DNA of 57,019 nt from a virus (Duplodnaviria > Caudoviricetes), in the IMG/VR virus record IMGVR_UViG_3300049004_000112, positions 1 to 57,019 of that record; one strand, written 5' to 3'. The notes beneath the pieces are model-generated. The model was given only the letters and a program-made list of their open reading frames with translations, did no database searches and was not told the DNA's origin. The position numbers and the translations under genes are program-made. Within the stretch, counting starts at the first letter, position 1, and the number at the start of each line of letters is the position of its first letter. This document shows positions 1-9,382 of this stretch, piece after piece.

Positions 1-354
1 ATGCCCGCCACCAACCGCCCTGTCCGCGTCATCGGACGCCAGCCCTACGCCCGCATTCCGTTCGCGCACCTAGCCGACGTCGAGACCGGCGAACGGTTGG
101 CGCTCGAGCGCGACCTGCGGGACGCCCCTACCCCCATCTCAGGCGGCATGCGGAAAGCGCTGGGGAAGGAACTCGGCAAGCAGAACTACCTGCGCTACCG
201 CCCGCCCCGGCGCTACCGCGAGCCGGATGATCTGCGGCGACCCTATGGCCTGCTGGAGGCGGTCTGTGGATCCTGCCGGCATGTCATGTATTTCGACGAT
301 GTGGAGAATGGTTCGGCCATCCGCTGCGACCGGTGCAAGCGGCCGCTGCTCTGA
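1..354 (+). CDS. Hypothetical protein with C-terminal Zn-ribbon
   Basis: CGSC...CDRC cysteine pairs; may be truncated by the window edge. Confidence 0.55.
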   Translation: MPATNRPVRVIGRQPYARIPFAHLADVETGERLALERDLRDAPTPISGGMRKALGKELGKQNYLRYRPPRRYREPDDLRRPYGLLEAVCGSCRHVMYFDDVENGSAIRCDRCKRPLL

Positions 355-355
355 G

Positions 356-661
356 ATGGCTGAGGACTGGAACCGCCGTTTCGACGACACGATCCTGACG
401 CCGGAAGGCGGCAAGATCAGGACGCTTGACGATGCCAGGCGCTACCTCGTGACGTTCCCGGTCCCAAGACAGCCGCACAAAAAGGAACTGCTCGCCACCG
501 CGCTGCGGACCGTGCTGGGCGCAGCAAACGGGACCGACCTGATGATGCACGCGCGCATCGCGGTCGGGCGCTGGGTACATCGGGACGCGCCGCCGAAGGA
601 ATTCGACCTGACGCGCAAATCGCCGTCATTCAGAAAACACAAATTGAAGCGCGATCAATGA
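356..661 (+). CDS. Hypothetical protein (MAEDWNRRFDDTIL...)
   Basis: In-frame ATG at 356 directly after the previous stop; resembles small rhizobial hypothetical proteins. Confidence 0.6.
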   Translation: MAEDWNRRFDDTILTPEGGKIRTLDDARRYLVTFPVPRQPHKKELLATALRTVLGAANGTDLMMHARIAVGRWVHRDAPPKEFDLTRKSPSFRKHKLKRDQ

Positions 662-724
662 CGGGAACGAAACCGTGTCGCTGCGCTTGAATAATCCGTG
701 TTCTGTTGCGTAGGAGTTTTCCCC

Positions 725-922
725 ATGCCGAAAGACGACGGCTCGGATACCATTTGGTATTATGAGAACGGCGACCAATTCGAGATATTCAAAACGGAAG
801 ATGAGGGGCACGCCTGGATCGAGAAAAACGACCCGGAAGGCGTGCTTTGGAAAGGCAAGCGCAGCGCGCTACGTCCGGCCGGGAGTGCGGACCGATACGG
901 CGTGCCGGTCGCGACACCCTAA
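725..922 (+). CDS. Small hypothetical protein
   Basis: ATG at 725 preceded by AGGAG; globular-like composition. Confidence 0.55.
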   Translation: MPKDDGSDTIWYYENGDQFEIFKTEDEGHAWIEKNDPEGVLWKGKRSALRPAGSADRYGVPVATP

Positions 923-944
923 ATCACGACCTCCGGTAACGGCT

Positions 945-1133
945 TCAAGAACGCGTCGGATCAATCCACTCAATACCAAAGCGCTCGCGGACCTTCAGCC
1001 AAAACTCACGCGCCCGCGAATATTCAACTGCCTTGAAATCTACCGACAGCGCCTCGAACGGCACGTCAACAGACGCCGCACCGCGCCGCAGCACTCGCTC
1101 AGAAAAGGATTCGTATGACTCACACTCGGGCAT
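945..1133 (-). CDS. Small hypothetical protein
   Basis: 62-aa ORF co-oriented with the late operon. Confidence 0.4.
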   Translation of the reverse strand: MPECESYESFSERVLRRGAASVDVPFEALSVDFKAVEYSRAREFWLKVRERFGIEWIDPTRS

Positions 1134-1165
1134 TGGGTGAATCTAGCGGAAGAACGGCCGCCGGT

Positions 1166-1579
1166 CTAGAATGGAATATCGTTCAACTCCGACCGATACG
1201 CCGCCACGGCCGGGACCGCGCGGATGCCGCGCCGGTTGGCCATGTTTTCCTTGTTGGTGAGCCAGCGCAGCTGCGGCAGCCCGTGATCATTCTCGCGGCG
1301 GTTATCGAGGCTGTCGCCGTTCTCATGATCCACGAAGTGTTTGTCTGACGGCCGCTCCAAGCCCATCCGCTCTGTGATGATCACACGATGCATCAGGAGC
1401 GTGACGTTGCGGTCGCCATCCCGCACAGATCGCCGCGCGTAGACTAGGCCGCCATGTCGCGGATGCGACACGGCGTAGGTCCATGGCCACTGCATCAGGA
1501 AGTCGCGATCTTCCCAGCTTACCTTGACGACGTATTGCGTGCGGCAGCCGACGGTGATCGTCGCGTGGGGCAGCATCAA
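1166..1579 (-). CDS. HNH endonuclease-like protein
   Basis: LLMHRVI...VDHENGDSLDNRREN...ENMAN phage HNH motif. Confidence 0.75.
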   Translation of the reverse strand: MMLPHATITVGCRTQYVVKVSWEDRDFLMQWPWTYAVSHPRHGGLVYARRSVRDGDRNVTLLMHRVIITERMGLERPSDKHFVDHENGDSLDNRRENDHGLPQLRWLTNKENMANRRGIRAVPAVAAYRSELNDIPF

Positions 1580-1622
1580 AATTCGTCGACAGCCTTCGGT
1601 GCATCGATCGCCGGGCTCTCCG

Positions 1623-1991
1623 TCACGCCATACTCCCCGGCATGAAGCAGCGGATAGTGATGCCTTCGAAACTCTGCAGCGTGCCGTTGGAACTGAACGT
1701 GCCGCGCATCGGCCAAACCATCGTCCGGCCGGCGCGGTTCGGCTCGGTGATCACCGCATCGTCCGGGACGTCGATCCACTCGCCTTCGAGGCGCACCTGG
1801 TATTTCCCGTCACGGGTCCGCCAGTCGACGTCTGCGAGCGCCGTGCCGTCGGCATCCGAGCAGCATGGACCGTTCTTGCTTTTCAGGGAATCAAACCACG
1901 GCTTCAGCGGGGATCCTGCGTAGCGGCCGTCGAGATCGCGGGCATGAGCGAGGCTGCAGAACAACGCCAAGCTGAGAGCAAGCCATTTCAT
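1623..1991 (-). CDS. Secreted Cys-containing hypothetical protein
   Basis: Signal peptide MKWLALSLALFCSLAHA; PCCSDADG and IRCFMPG; ATGA overlap with the upstream small ORF. Confidence 0.7.
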   Translation of the reverse strand: MKWLALSLALFCSLAHARDLDGRYAGSPLKPWFDSLKSKNGPCCSDADGTALADVDWRTRDGKYQVRLEGEWIDVPDDAVITEPNRAGRTMVWPMRGTFSSNGTLQSFEGITIRCFMPGSMA

Positions 1992-2104
1992 CGGCGTTTT
2001 TCCTTGTGCCATTTCCACCATTCGGAGACGCCGGCCGCGACCGCGAGGATCGCAACCACGATCAGGAACGCGGTCAGCCATTGCAGCCAATGAGCGAAGG
2101 TCAA
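1988..2104 (-). CDS. 38-aa single-TM protein (not in ORF track)
   Basis: MTFAHWLQWLTAFLIVVAILAVAAGVSEWWKWHKEKRR; TTG start overlaps the upstream TGA and its stop overlaps the downstream ATG. Confidence 0.65.
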   Translation of the reverse strand: MTFAHWLQWLTAFLIVVAILAVAAGVSEWWKWHKEKRR

Positions 2105-2448
2105 TGCGATCTCGGTATCTGCGCGATGCTGTTTTTCAGGTCACGCATGTCTTCGCGGTATTCGGCGCGGAAGTCGTCGAAGTCGCCCTTGGCAACAAAG
2201 CCTTTGACCGTCTCGAGCTCGACGTCGTTGATCTTCTGGCGCAGGCCTTTGAGCGTTTCGTCGAAAGCTTCCGTTGCGCGATCGACCTTTTCTTCGAATC
2301 GTTTCTCGCATTCGGAGATGCTTCTCTGAAAATGCAGCTTGAGCCGTCCCTCGATCTGCGCGACGCGCCACACGCCCGCAAGCAGGCCGCCGAGCGCGCC
2401 GGCCATCACGGAAATCACTGCGATGGCGAGATGAATCCATTCGAACAT
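2101..2448 (-). CDS. Membrane-anchored coiled-coil protein of the lysis cassette (i-spanin/holin-accessory-like)
   Basis: N-terminal TM helix followed by a charged helical domain; lies downstream of the endolysin. Confidence 0.55.
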   Translation of the reverse strand: MFEWIHLAIAVISVMAGALGGLLAGVWRVAQIEGRLKLHFQRSISECEKRFEEKVDRATEAFDETLKGLRQKINDVELETVKGFVAKGDFDDFRAEYREDMRDLKNSIAQIPRSH

Positions 2449-2520
2449 AAGCGCAATGCCCTGCTAACGTGACGGAGATGGCGGCACACGACGCGCCGCC
2501 ATCTTATGACGTGACGCGGT

Positions 2521-2844
2521 CTAACCGCTTCCGGCTTTCGACGCGTCAGGCGCGGGGGGCGCTACATTCGTCAGCGCCACGGAGTTCGGCCGGCCAGGCG
2601 AGATATGGTTCAGGAAATCCAGGAAGGCCGCGAACGCATCCCCGCCGTTCTGGGCGGCAAGCGAGTTCAACGCCCGCTCGACAAACGGTGCGGCCATCAC
2701 GATCATCGGCTGCACCGTAGCGACGACGGGCGCCGCACCCGGGACCAGCATGCTGGCCATCGTCGCAATCATCGGCTCCATCTTCATGATGGCCGTGACG
2801 GCCTTTTCCGCGGTTTCCGCCGCGCCGGAAATATTCAAGTCCAT
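2521..2844 (-). CDS. Hydrophobic lysis-cassette protein, possible holin
   Basis: AAGGAG RBS before ATG 2844; hydrophobic central segment; immediately after the endolysin. Confidence 0.45.
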   Translation of the reverse strand: MDLNISGAAETAEKAVTAIMKMEPMIATMASMLVPGAAPVVATVQPMIVMAAPFVERALNSLAAQNGGDAFAAFLDFLNHISPGRPNSVALTNVAPPAPDASKAGSG

Positions 2845-2855
2845 GGTTTTCTCCT

Positions 2856-4073
2856 TCAAGTGACTTTCGGGGTGGATGGTTCGGCTAAAGGGCTTTGTAC
2901 GAACTCCCAGTCGACGAGCCCTTTGCCGTCGATCTGCAGGGCCTTGGCGGCGGCGAACGTAAGGTCGATGCCGGCGCGGTTGGTGTTGCGTCCCCTCATG
3001 TCGGTGCCGGTTTCGGCTTGCGGACGCGATCCGGTCTGCCAATAAGGGTCGTGGGTATTCCACGGTCCGACGTCGACAATGTCGCAGACGATCGATTGAC
3101 CGGATCGTTTGGCCGTGACGCGAACCTTCGGCCGCTCGCCCGTAAAGTGGAACGGCAGCGCCACGCCGTTCGCGTTGTCATCGATCGCGCCGCCATAGGC
3201 AGAGCCTTGCCCGCCGAACATGGTTGCGACGATGTCCGTCTGCCGGCCGGTCGCGATCGGCGGCGCAGGTCCTGCGATGGCCGCTATGGCGGGCGGCGTC
3301 TGGAGGTGTGCCGGGGATCCTGCCGGCATCTGGACCGGACCGATCGCGGGTAGCGGCATCGACTTCGGCCACCAATAACCGATCAGGCCGAACGTGGCGC
3401 TCGACTTCGGCAGCGCCTCGATCTGCACCATGTCGCTTTCGTTGCCGCCGAGCGTCCAGACATGCGCGTCATCTTCGCCGCGGTAGCAGCCGACGTGGCC
3501 AAGACCGGAATCCTTTGAGCCGCGCCAGAAAACGGCGATGGCACCGAGCGCCGGGCCGGGTAGTTGCACGAACTCCGGATGATGGCGGAAAGACTGCGAG
3601 GAGGCGCTGCGCGTGCCCGGAATGCCTGAGGCCTCCAAGGCTGCATTGACGAAGATCGCGCACCACGGGTCGCCCAAATCCCCGCAATGGCCCAATCCGA
3701 TGTAGCGCTCGATGCCCTGGTTGTTGCCGGTCTCATGGAAACCGATCTCGTGCAGCGCCCACTGAAACCACGGCGGCACGCCGCTCGAAGAAGATGCAGG
3801 CTTTGCGAGCGCCGGAGCCTCCGGATGCTTTGGCAGCGATGGCAGCGGAAACAAGGCCGGCAGCTTGACCGGAACGCCAGCTGAAGCCGGCTGCAACGGA
3901 AGCGGCAAGGGCGAGAGAGTTTCGATCGGCCTTGGCCCGGCCTGTCCCAACAATTGCGCCAGGAGCTTCACGGTCTCGTGCTGCGACGACAGCGAGCGCC
4001 ACAACAGCGCGGCCATCCCGACAAACACGATCAGCATCGCAAGCCACGGTACGGCGGCGAAAAAGTCGCTCAT
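2856..4073 (-). CDS. Endolysin: N-terminal TM + TIGR02594/CHAP-NlpC-like domain + RlpA/DPBB-like domain
   Basis: PWCAIFVNAAL...GHVG...LGGN (Cys/His peptidase motif); VDVGPWN...AGIDLT (DPBB-like). Confidence 0.8.
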   Translation of the reverse strand: MSDFFAAVPWLAMLIVFVGMAALLWRSLSSQHETVKLLAQLLGQAGPRPIETLSPLPLPLQPASAGVPVKLPALFPLPSLPKHPEAPALAKPASSSSGVPPWFQWALHEIGFHETGNNQGIERYIGLGHCGDLGDPWCAIFVNAALEASGIPGTRSASSQSFRHHPEFVQLPGPALGAIAVFWRGSKDSGLGHVGCYRGEDDAHVWTLGGNESDMVQIEALPKSSATFGLIGYWWPKSMPLPAIGPVQMPAGSPAHLQTPPAIAAIAGPAPPIATGRQTDIVATMFGGQGSAYGGAIDDNANGVALPFHFTGERPKVRVTAKRSGQSIVCDIVDVGPWNTHDPYWQTGSRPQAETGTDMRGRNTNRAGIDLTFAAAKALQIDGKGLVDWEFVQSPLAEPSTPKVT

Positions 4074-4126
4074 TTGGTTTTGGCTTTCCGTGAAATGGAT
4101 TGAAGAGGGCCCCTACCCTCCACAGC

Positions 4127-4147
4127 AAAAAGCCGCCCGGAGGCGGC
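4127..4147 (-). terminator. Intrinsic terminator upstream of the lysis cassette
   Basis: Minus strand GCCGCC-TCCG-GGCGGC-TTTTT. Confidence 0.7.
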
Positions 4148-4224
4148 GGAAAAGGCGAAGTGCAGGGTTGTTCGCTGGATGGTTGCGGGGTAGGAGGATT
4201 ACTGACTAGCGAGAGCTTCAGGGC

Positions 4225-4410
4225 ATGGACAAGGACAGGCCGGAAAGCGACCCCCCGAAACCAACCGCGCTAAGCCCATCGCTCGAAAAAATCCTAAACG
4301 AGGATCGGATCGGACTTGCTCAAGAACAACGCAAGAGGCTTCGCCTCATGACAGTTTACATCTCTATCGAATTCGATCGGGGCAAGGCGCCGAAGTGGCG
4401 GGACAAGTGA
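4225..4410 (+). CDS. Small hypothetical protein (moron)
   Basis: 61 aa, opposite orientation to the late operon; coupled to the next ORF. Confidence 0.4.
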   Translation: MDKDRPESDPPKPTALSPSLEKILNEDRIGLAQEQRKRLRLMTVYISIEFDRGKAPKWRDK

Positions 4411-4628
4411 TGAACGCGTTGCGGGCCATCATCAATTTTATTGCGGGACAAAAACGCGATGGCGCCTGGCACCACTACTCGCCATATTTTCGGCGATCAG
4501 GAATGCCGGAGCCTCACCCGCATGCCGGGCTGATGCGTCGCTGGCACAATGGCGCTTGGGAATATCGCGCTCTGACAGATGATGAATTGGCCGAAGAAGC
4601 GGAGCGCCAGATCGAGTCGGTGCTGTGA
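4407..4628 (+). CDS. Small hypothetical protein (moron)
   Basis: GTGA overlap with the previous stop; LMRRWHNGAWEYRALT motif. Confidence 0.55.
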   Translation: MMNALRAIINFIAGQKRDGAWHHYSPYFRRSGMPEPHPHAGLMRRWHNGAWEYRALTDDELAEEAERQIESVL

Positions 4629-4674
4629 CGCCCTGAGCGCCCCCCGGCCTTAAAGGATTTCGTAAGCGAATCCC

Positions 4675-6162
4675 CTAGTTCGCCGACATCAAAATCCAAT
4701 TGGTGCCGTCGGATTGCAGACCGGCCCATTTTCCCGCCGTTGCCGTGAGTAGTGCGGTGCCAGCAGCACCCCCAGCGAGCGGGACGACATTCGATGACGC
4801 GCTGTTCACGGTCTGCGCAGCAATTGATTTTAGATTCAGCCATCGGCCCGGATAAGTCGCAGCTGTCGGCAGCGTAAGGGTGAAAGTACCCGAGGCGTTT
4901 ACGATAATCGAGCTATCCGACACGCCGACGCTGCCCGACGTGCCTGTGAGCGTGACAGGGATAGCGGTGGCAACTGCACCGCCGACACCAAGGTTCTTGA
5001 TCCCAGGATCAGTAATTCCGACGCCAATTGTGACACCGCCGCTTGGCTGCCAGCGCATGCTTTCCGCAAGCGTCGTAGAGCCAGCCGGAACGGTTCTTAT
5101 TCTGACGAAGCCGCCATGATCCGATACGGTCTGCGCATTGGCAGTAGCAAAATCGAGAGTAGCAATCGAAGCATAGGCCGTTCCATCCCATGCTTGGGCA
5201 CCGATTGACTGAATAAACGCTGCCGCATTGACAGACGATTTGCTTGTTGCCGTCCCGTAACTGAGTCGCGCCGTGACGACATTTTGAAACCCCGAACCGA
5301 AGGCGTCCATAGCGAATCCAGCAAACGCATTGTCAGCGCCTACGGCATGGACTTGCACAGCCGTATTGGGCGCAACGGTCGCAACCGTGTTTGCGTTCGC
5401 CGTGACAAGAGCGTCGGGGGTGACAGCAGCTCCAACGTTCACCGACGTATTGGCTTGCAGCGTAGTGTGGGTCCCAGCAAGCGGCGTGGTTGCGCCGATC
5501 ACGACGTTGTTGATCTGGTTGCCGCCGCCGCTGACCGTGCCGCTGAGGGTGAACGCGTTAATCGTGGTTGCCGCCAGCGTCGGGACTGTGAGGGTTCCGG
5601 TAAAAGCTGGGCTTGCGATGTTCGCCTTGAGCGCGGCGATTGCGTCGGCGTACGCAGTGGTCGCAAGCTGAGTGGTATTCGTCCCCGGTGTTGCCGTCGG
5701 CGCCGTAGGCGTTCCGGTGAGCGCCGGCGAGATAGAAAATACAGCCACGCCCGTGCCGGTTTCATCTGACAGGACGCCAGCCAGTTGCGCCGATGTAGTC
5801 GCGGCAAATGCCGACAGGTTGTTCGAAGTGTAGGCGACGGTCCCGCCGCCCCCGAACGTCACCGTCGAACCATCGGTCGCGGTGAAGGTCACCGTGTTGT
5901 TGACGGTCAGCGTCTTGCCCGCCAGCAGCGTCAGCGTCGCCAGCGAAGCCGGGTTGGTGAGTGCGACATTGCTGCAGCCCGGCTGCGCAGCGCCACCGAT
6001 AATGGCGCGCGGCGATGGGCAGTTTGCCGCCAGCATGTCGATCAGCGATGGTCTTGTGGTCAGCGGCGCCTGCGCGTGTGCAAGCGCAGCCGACAGCAGC
6101 AGCGCTATCGAAGTAGCGAGTGACCTCATCAATAATGTCGTCATCTTGGCTCCCGTCGTCAT
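4675..6162 (-). CDS. Tail fibre-like protein with N-terminal signal-like peptide
   Basis: Thr/Ala/Gly-rich; SPALTGTPTAPT...TQLATTAY fibre repeat; C-terminal TLTLP...SDGTNW module. Confidence 0.75.
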   Translation of the reverse strand: MTTGAKMTTLLMRSLATSIALLLSAALAHAQAPLTTRPSLIDMLAANCPSPRAIIGGAAQPGCSNVALTNPASLATLTLLAGKTLTVNNTVTFTATDGSTVTFGGGGTVAYTSNNLSAFAATTSAQLAGVLSDETGTGVAVFSISPALTGTPTAPTATPGTNTTQLATTAYADAIAALKANIASPAFTGTLTVPTLAATTINAFTLSGTVSGGGNQINNVVIGATTPLAGTHTTLQANTSVNVGAAVTPDALVTANANTVATVAPNTAVQVHAVGADNAFAGFAMDAFGSGFQNVVTARLSYGTATSKSSVNAAAFIQSIGAQAWDGTAYASIATLDFATANAQTVSDHGGFVRIRTVPAGSTTLAESMRWQPSGGVTIGVGITDPGIKNLGVGGAVATAIPVTLTGTSGSVGVSDSSIIVNASGTFTLTLPTAATYPGRWLNLKSIAAQTVNSASSNVVPLAGGAAGTALLTATAGKWAGLQSDGTNWILMSAN

Positions 6163-6443
6163 TTGTGGCCCGCCTGCAGCGCCTCGTTACGCTTGACTTC
6201 CGCTTCCCACCCGATTTTCGCCGCCGCGCATTCGCCGGAATCAAACGTCGTCGGATCAATCCTGGCGCGGCGGGTGCACAGGATCATGGCGGCGCGGGCG
6301 GCGTCCTGCGCAACCGCTTCGGGGCTGCGCTCGCGCAGAAACACGTCCGGCATCGGACGAATGATTGGACGAACGATAACTTCCGGCGTCTGCGCAACGG
6401 CGGGAGACACCAGCAGCAGTAAGAGCAATGCGCGCATTCTCAT
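6159..6443 (-). CDS. Small secreted protein in the fibre cluster
   Basis: MRMRALLLLLLVSPAVAQ signal peptide; stop overlaps the next start. Confidence 0.6.
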   Translation of the reverse strand: MRMRALLLLLLVSPAVAQTPEVIVRPIIRPMPDVFLRERSPEAVAQDAARAAMILCTRRARIDPTTFDSGECAAAKIGWEAEVKRNEALQAGHK

Positions 6444-6448
6444 TTCCG

Positions 6449-9382
6449 TCAGTTGGAGGGGCAGTTGGCGTACAGCGCCAGCGTTGAAGCAGTTCCGAAC
6501 GCCGGCACAGAGCTCGGGTTGCTCGCTCTGAACATCGACCAATTGGTCGTTCCTGTGATGCCGAATCCAGCGATGGTTTGGGACGTTCCACCATCTATTC
6601 CAAAAATAGAGCACGAAGCGGAAAACGCGAACGGCGCGCCGCTTAAGGCCGTAGCGCCGGTCGCCGTCACGGTCCCGAACGCCGTGGAGACCCAATACTC
6701 GGTGTTGTTGCCGTGCTTCTTGTAGAAGCCTTGATTCGTCGTCGTCGGCAGCGAACCTCCTCCAGGAGTCCACACTGGCGTCCACGTTGGCAGTGGCAGC
6801 AGCGCCCCGCCCGGGAATGTGTTCGGCGTAATGTTATCGGCAGTGGCGTTGAAGCACCCGGTGCCGGTGACCCACGTAAAGGAGAAGGAGGCGGTGAGCG
6901 TCTCGAACCGCATACCACTGGGGCTGGAGGTGCAATTAAAGATGCCGCCAGTGAGAGTTTCGTAGTGGCTACCTGACCAACTATAGGCGGTGCCGCCAAC
7001 CAGTGTGTATGCGGTGGTGTTGACAAAGTTTCCGCCGCCGATCTGATCCCCATCGGAGGTGAATCCGTTTGCGGTGAGCGTATACCAGGTGCCGCCACCT
7101 CCGCTGGGCGCTATGATGTCTCCATGCCAGTTGCCAGTCGAGACCATCGCCTTGCATGGCCGAGAAGCGTCATTGGAAAACAGACCAGCGCGGCCATTTA
7201 CGTCCGCCTCGAACGCGTTGCTGAGAAATATCCAGCTCTCTCCGCAATCAATGATCGCAGGGCCGGTATATGCAGCGAACTGTGATTCCGTGATCTTAAC
7301 ATTGACGTTTAATCCAAGAATATTTTGCCCTTTGAGGGCCGGTCCGCACCGCCCGAAGTTGACGCGCTTGATGATGATCTCGCTGATCTCTGGCATATTG
7401 ACGCAGGTCGGCGGCGTGGCGACATAAGTGGCGCTAATCGTTGCGTTCTCGATCAGTATTTGAGAGCCGCCGACGGAAGTGCCGGGAATCGTCGCGCCAA
7501 AATCGACCAGCGTTCCAGTAAACCCCGAATTGGTTGCAAGGATCGGCACGCCGGTGATGGTGGCTGCAATACCGTCGCGCCAATCAATGGCCCGTCCGGT
7601 GCCGCTGCCGGTGAACTTGAGCGCTGAGGGCGTGCCGCTGCCGGGGCCATAACCCCCCTGTCCGCGCAGCACCAGGTTGGGATGTCCCTTGAAGTCCAGT
7701 GTGGTCAGGAAGGCGCAGGTGCCGGGGATATCAATATAGCCGCCATTGCCCGGCGTCGCATTGATGGCCGCCTGGATCGCGGCCGAATCATCAGTCGATC
7801 CATCGCACACCGCATTATACGGCGCCGCCGTCACCGGGTTGTAGAGGAACGCCGAAATTCCCACAGACAGGTTTTGTCCCGAGGTCGAGACCGTCGCGCC
7901 GCGGACTCCGAGGAGGTTCAGCGCGCCGCTCGCGCCATTGAGGTTGCCGACGCCAGCCGTGGTGGACGGCGCGTACCAGTGCGCTTCGACCACCTGCGTA
8001 TTGGATGGAATTGCGGCGTTGAACGTGACGACCGCGCCCGCCAGTGACCAGGTATTGTGCGACTGGATGACGCCGTCGAAGGTGATCGCGAGCAGCGCCG
8101 CCGCCGAAGGCGAGTTCATCAGCGTGATCGACGTGCTGGTTCCGGCCGTGAAGCCTGTGCCGGCAAGGAAGTCCTGCACATAAGGCGTGTTGGCGTTGGC
8201 GCCGCAGCTTGCGCCGGCGTCGACCACGTTCAGATCGGCGTCGAATTTGACGCAATCGTTCGGCGTCAGCGCGCCGGCGGTGGTGACGTATTTGGTGGTG
8301 TTGCCGGACCGCGTGCCCTGGGTGAGCGCACTCGTGCCGTTGCCGATCAAGGGCAGGTTGGCGGTGAACGACGTTGCCCCGGTGCCACCGGCCGATACCG
8401 GGACGGTGCCCAGCGCGAGCACTCCGCCGGCGAACGACAGCGGCGAGGTGACACTCAACTGCCCGGCGCCAAGAGTCCCAACCAGATCGGCAAAACTCGG
8501 CTGCGAGCAAGCCGGCAGGCCTGCCGTCGAGATCGTATTGATCCAGTTGCTGCTGCTGCAGGTCAGCGAGCGCACGCCGCCGATCGCGCCTGCGGACGAA
8601 GGCTGCAGATTGAGACTGCCTCCGCTGCTGGCAAGCCCGGTACCGATGTTTTGTGTCGCTACGTTGCCGAGACCAAGGTTGGTGCGCGCGGTCGCGGCGC
8701 TCGCGACGTCGGAAAGATTGTTGGGCCCGAGCAACGCGGTGCCGGTATTGAGCGTCGGGCGCCAGATCGTGTTGGGTGCATCATAGACATACTGGATGGC
8801 GCGGCCCGGGCCGACAATGCCGGTGCCGCCGATGGTTGTGCCGGCGCCGGCGCTGATGGTGTCGCTCGCGGTCGCATCGACATTGGTGACGACGATCTTG
8901 CTGCCGTTGACCATGCCCGTGGTGCCTGCGGCCGGAAACGTATCGGTCATCGCCGAGCCGGAATTGGAGCGCCGGGTTTCCTTGAACAGGTCGGCGGTCG
9001 CATACGTCTTGCTGGCGCCGGTCACGGTCTGGATCGGCAGCAGCGCCTCCAGCGTCCCGGTGCCGGGGTTGGCGACCGAGGCCCCGGCCGTGCTCACCGG
9101 GGCGCCGGAGGCCGTAACGCAATATCCCGCCGCCCAGCTGGTGCCGTTGTCGACCAGGCAGCGGCCGTTGGTGCCGGGCGCAATGAAGCCGACGGGATCG
9201 GTGCCGTTGCCGAAGATCAGGTTGTTCTGCGGCAGCGTCGTGCGCCCGGTTGCGCCACGCGACACCGGCTGCGCGCCGGATCCGGCGAAGCCGCCCTGCG
9301 CCAGCGCCGGAATCGCGAGCCCAGCCGAGAGCGCCGCGCCGAGCAGGGCGCGGGAAAGGTATTTTGCCAATGTCATGATCAC
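6449..9382 (-). CDS. Tail fibre/tailspike with pectate-lyase-like beta-helix (putative depolymerase)
   Basis: YNAVCDGSTDDSAAIQAAIN...YIDIPG beta-helix start motif; NNLSDVASAATARTNLGLG fibre repeat. Confidence 0.8.
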   Translation of the reverse strand: MIMTLAKYLSRALLGAALSAGLAIPALAQGGFAGSGAQPVSRGATGRTTLPQNNLIFGNGTDPVGFIAPGTNGRCLVDNGTSWAAGYCVTASGAPVSTAGASVANPGTGTLEALLPIQTVTGASKTYATADLFKETRRSNSGSAMTDTFPAAGTTGMVNGSKIVVTNVDATASDTISAGAGTTIGGTGIVGPGRAIQYVYDAPNTIWRPTLNTGTALLGPNNLSDVASAATARTNLGLGNVATQNIGTGLASSGGSLNLQPSSAGAIGGVRSLTCSSSNWINTISTAGLPACSQPSFADLVGTLGAGQLSVTSPLSFAGGVLALGTVPVSAGGTGATSFTANLPLIGNGTSALTQGTRSGNTTKYVTTAGALTPNDCVKFDADLNVVDAGASCGANANTPYVQDFLAGTGFTAGTSTSITLMNSPSAAALLAITFDGVIQSHNTWSLAGAVVTFNAAIPSNTQVVEAHWYAPSTTAGVGNLNGASGALNLLGVRGATVSTSGQNLSVGISAFLYNPVTAAPYNAVCDGSTDDSAAIQAAINATPGNGGYIDIPGTCAFLTTLDFKGHPNLVLRGQGGYGPGSGTPSALKFTGSGTGRAIDWRDGIAATITGVPILATNSGFTGTLVDFGATIPGTSVGGSQILIENATISATYVATPPTCVNMPEISEIIIKRVNFGRCGPALKGQNILGLNVNVKITESQFAAYTGPAIIDCGESWIFLSNAFEADVNGRAGLFSNDASRPCKAMVSTGNWHGDIIAPSGGGGTWYTLTANGFTSDGDQIGGGNFVNTTAYTLVGGTAYSWSGSHYETLTGGIFNCTSSPSGMRFETLTASFSFTWVTGTGCFNATADNITPNTFPGGALLPLPTWTPVWTPGGGSLPTTTNQGFYKKHGNNTEYWVSTAFGTVTATGATALSGAPFAFSASCSIFGIDGGTSQTIAGFGITGTTNWSMFRASNPSSVPAFGTASTLALYANCPSN

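Noticed and set aside
1166-1579. HNH as terminase cofactor
   Set aside because: It is far from terS/cos, and lambda gpA-type terminases do not need an HNH cofactor
6536-6549. CGACCAATTGGTCG as a fifth copy of the palindrome
   Set aside because: Shares only the CCAATTGG core; the arms differ
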